Positions 25,223 through 27,108 of a stretch of 27,108 nucleotides of DNA are shown piece by piece. This DNA is from Pyrinomonadaceae bacterium (GTDB lineage: Bacteria > Acidobacteriota > Blastocatellia > Pyrinomonadales > Pyrinomonadaceae): positions 1 through 27,108 of the forward strand of contig DASPKR010000545.1 of the NCBI GenBank assembly GCA_035627975.1. Direction: 5' to 3'. Positions within the stretch are counted from its first letter, which is position 1. Every line of letters starts with the position of its first letter. A model generated the notes under the pieces. It saw only the letters and a program-made list of their open reading frames with translations. It was not told the origin of the DNA and did no database searches. The position numbers and the translations under genes were made by a program.

Positions 25223-25296
25223 GGCGACGAGTGACGAGTGACGGGCGGCGAGCCGGCATAGCTCGTCACTCGTCACTCGTCACTCGTCACTCGTCA
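25223..25296. repeat. Heptamer-tandem inverted-repeat element between dedA and the GHMP kinase; five perfect CTCGTCA copies
   Basis: Left GGCGACG-AGTGACG-AGTGACG-GGCGGCG-AGC (25223-25253); 7-nt loop; right (CTCGTCA)x5 at 25262-25296. Confidence 0.93.
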
Positions 25297-25304
25297 CTTT
25301 CTTT

Positions 25305-26312
25305 ATGATTATCGAATCCACAGCACCGACCCGCGTTGACCTCGCCGGGGGGACTATAGACATCTGGCCGCTGTACCTTTTCCACCCCGGCGCGAGCACC
25401 GTCAACTTCGGCATCACACTGAACGCGCGCGTCCGCATAGAGACGCGCGACGACGACCAGGTCATACTCGAATCCAGGGATCGCGCCGTCTCCTTCGAGA
25501 CGAGCCTCTCGGAGATCGAGAGCCTCGCGCGCGAGGAGCGACTTGAGCTCATCTCCAAGCTTGTGCACTTCTTCAAACCGGAGACCGGCTTCAACTTGAT
25601 CGCGGAGTCTGCCGCGCCCGCGGGCGCCGGCCTCGGCGGCTCCAGCTCGCTCGCAATAGCCTGCATCGGCGCGCTCAACCGCCTGTGCGGCGACCGCTAC
25701 CCCGAGCGGAAATTCATCATCATCGCAGCCAACGTCGAGACGACCGTGATACGCGTCCCCGCGGGGTTCCAGGACTACTACGGCGCCTTCTACGGCGGCG
25801 CCAACTGCGTAGAGTTCAGCGCCGAGGGCATCAGGCGCGAGCCCGTCAACCTGGACGCGGCGGAGTTGGAGCGGCGCCTGGTCATAATCTACACGGGCGA
25901 GCCGAGGCTTTCGGGGACGAACAACTGGGAGATTTTCAAGAAGCACATAGACGGCGACCGCGAGCTGTTCGGCCTCTTCGAGGGGATACGCGACTCGGCC
26001 CGGCTGATGAGGGTCGCGCTCGCCGCGAACGACTGGCGGAGGGTGGGCGAGATAATGCGCGAGGCTTACCCGAACCGTAAGCGGCTCGCCCCGAACGTGA
26101 CGACGCCGCACATGGACGCGCTGGTGGGGCGAGCGCTCGCTAACGGCGCCGTGGCCGCGAAGGTCTGCGGCGCGGGCGGCGGCGGCTGCATCGCTTTCCT
26201 CTGCGAGGAGGGCGCGAAGGAGTCTGTCGAGTCGGCGCTCGCCGCCGAGGGCGGCGCGGAGGTCTTGCGCTGGAGCTTCTCCCGCGACGGCCTCGTCGTC
26301 CGCGAGCTTTAG
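25305..26312 (+). CDS. GHMP-family sugar kinase (HddA / fucokinase-like)
   Basis: 335 aa. APTRVDLAGGTIDI, PAGAGLGGSS, GFQDYY, KVCGAGGGGC. Substrate not determinable from sequence by eye. Confidence 0.9.
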   Translation: MIIESTAPTRVDLAGGTIDIWPLYLFHPGASTVNFGITLNARVRIETRDDDQVILESRDRAVSFETSLSEIESLAREERLELISKLVHFFKPETGFNLIAESAAPAGAGLGGSSSLAIACIGALNRLCGDRYPERKFIIIAANVETTVIRVPAGFQDYYGAFYGGANCVEFSAEGIRREPVNLDAAELERRLVIIYTGEPRLSGTNNWEIFKKHIDGDRELFGLFEGIRDSARLMRVALAANDWRRVGEIMREAYPNRKRLAPNVTTPHMDALVGRALANGAVAAKVCGAGGGGCIAFLCEEGAKESVESALAAEGGAEVLRWSFSRDGLVVREL

Positions 26313-26335
26313 ACGGCAGCCGGCCGCAAAAGGCT

Positions 26336-26378
26336 AGAGGGTTGACGACAGCTCGACTGTCGTCAACCCTCTTTCTTC
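26336..26378. terminator. Intrinsic terminator between convergent genes
   Basis: AGAGGGTTGACGACAG (26336-26351) / CTGTCGTCAACCCTCT (26357-26372) is a perfect 16-bp stem, followed by TTCTTC. Confidence 0.85.
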
Positions 26379-26397
26379 ATCCCGAAATCTCCGGCGC

Positions 26398-27108
26398 TTA
26401 GAGTTTGCCGGAGGCGCGCTTGGCCTCTTCGGCGATGCGCTTGAGGCGCGCTATCTTCTGCTCGGGCGTCTCGCCCGGCGGGGCCTTGAGCAACTCGGGC
26501 GGGATTTTGAAGCCGGCGCCGGAAGCCTTCTTGGGCTTGGCCTCGGCGGGCTTCGCCTCCGCCGTCGCGGGCCTCTCGTCCTTCGGCGCGCCGGGCGTCA
26601 GTTCCGTCGAGGCTTCGGGCGCGAGGTCTGAGACGGTCTCCGCGCCCGCGGCGGGCGAGGCGGTCGCGGCGGCCGGGCTCATCGGCGCGGCCGAAGCCCG
26701 GCCCGTCGCCGCCTGAGCCTCCGCGGCCGGGCGGTGTTTGTCGGCCGAGGGGGAAGAGTCTGCCGGGGACGCGGCGGCCGGGGCCTTCGCCGCGGGCGCG
26801 GGCTTGACTGCTTTAACAGGTTTCGGCTTGGGCTCGCCGCGCCACGCGGGCGTGGGGTAGTCGTATGCGGGGAGCGTGCCGCCCGCGGCCTGTAGAATAG
26901 CCGCGAGGTCGCGCTCGACGTAGCGCCGCTGCTTGCGCGGGTCGCGCACGTGGCCCATCGGCGGCCCCATGTAGAGCGCGCCGCAGGTCTGGCACTGGTA
27001 GAGCACGTCGTCGCCGCGCAGGTAAGCCGCCGAAGGGTGGCGCGTATCTTTCTGCTTGAGGTGGCCGATGCAGAGCTTGCCCTTCTCGTTCTTCTCGTTG
27101 CAGACGGT
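26398..27108 (-). CDS. Hypothetical protein with putative zinc-binding module and Ala/Pro-rich linker, 5' end outside the window
   Basis: The frame stays open past the ORF-track start to the window edge: TVCNEKNEKGKLCIGHLKQ...DDVLYQCQTCGALY..., then a PKPKP/APAAKAP low-complexity linker and a short helical C-terminus. Confidence 0.75.
   Translation of the reverse strand, partial: TVCNEKNEKGKLCIGHLKQKDTRHPSAAYLRGDDVLYQCQTCGALYMGPPMGHVRDPRKQRRYVERDLAAILQAAGGTLPAYDYPTPAWRGEPKPKPVKAVKPAPAAKAPAAASPADSSPSADKHRPAAEAQAATGRASAAPMSPAAATASPAAGAETVSDLAPEASTELTPGAPKDERPATAEAKPAEAKPKKASGAGFKIPPELLKAPPGETPEQKIARLKRIAEEAKRASGKL

Noticed and set aside
24408-25296. Short repeats as a CRISPR array
   Set aside because: Units are 7 nt, tandem and inverted, with no spacers and no cas genes.

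Overview
A very GC-rich (about 70% by eye) chromosomal window from a diderm bacterium. An Acidobacteriota/Blastocatellia-like origin is my guess, not a database result. No integrase, transposase, phage genes or CRISPR array were seen. Left part (1-7356, + strand): the tail of an ABC ATPase, a TonB-dependent receptor, and a metal-resistance module. The module has two related MerR-type promoters with 20-bp spacers. One drives an uncharacterised His-rich, signal-peptide-bearing beta-barrel-like protein. The other drives merR, a Cu(I)-type P1B ATPase with a YHS domain, and a CupA-like membrane-anchored cupredoxin. Next come tRNA-Ser(GGA), a secreted hypothetical protein, SRP RNA (ffs), an unexplained 80-nt hairpin, a VOC protein, dnaX and a small membrane protein. 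A long minus-strand run follows (read right to left): ROK protein, 74-aa hypothetical, LytS-type kinase, lepA, DUF4241-like, secreted TPR, SbcC/Rad50-like ATPase with a CX6C hook, RNase HI, and a 14-blade YCF48-like propeller. On the right are USP, DedA and a GHMP kinase (+) and a truncated Cys-rich protein (-). Most interesting: (i) the MerR regulon linking an unknown outer-membrane-type protein to a CopA/CupA pair, with a regulator whose ligand pattern does not match a Cu(I) sensor; (ii) intergenic hairpins built from 7- or 8-nt tandem units, four ending right at SD-less start codons; (iii) an apparent complete absence of RTCGAY (and RGATCY), suggesting restriction-modification or methylation footprints. 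All counts were made by eye and need computational confirmation.
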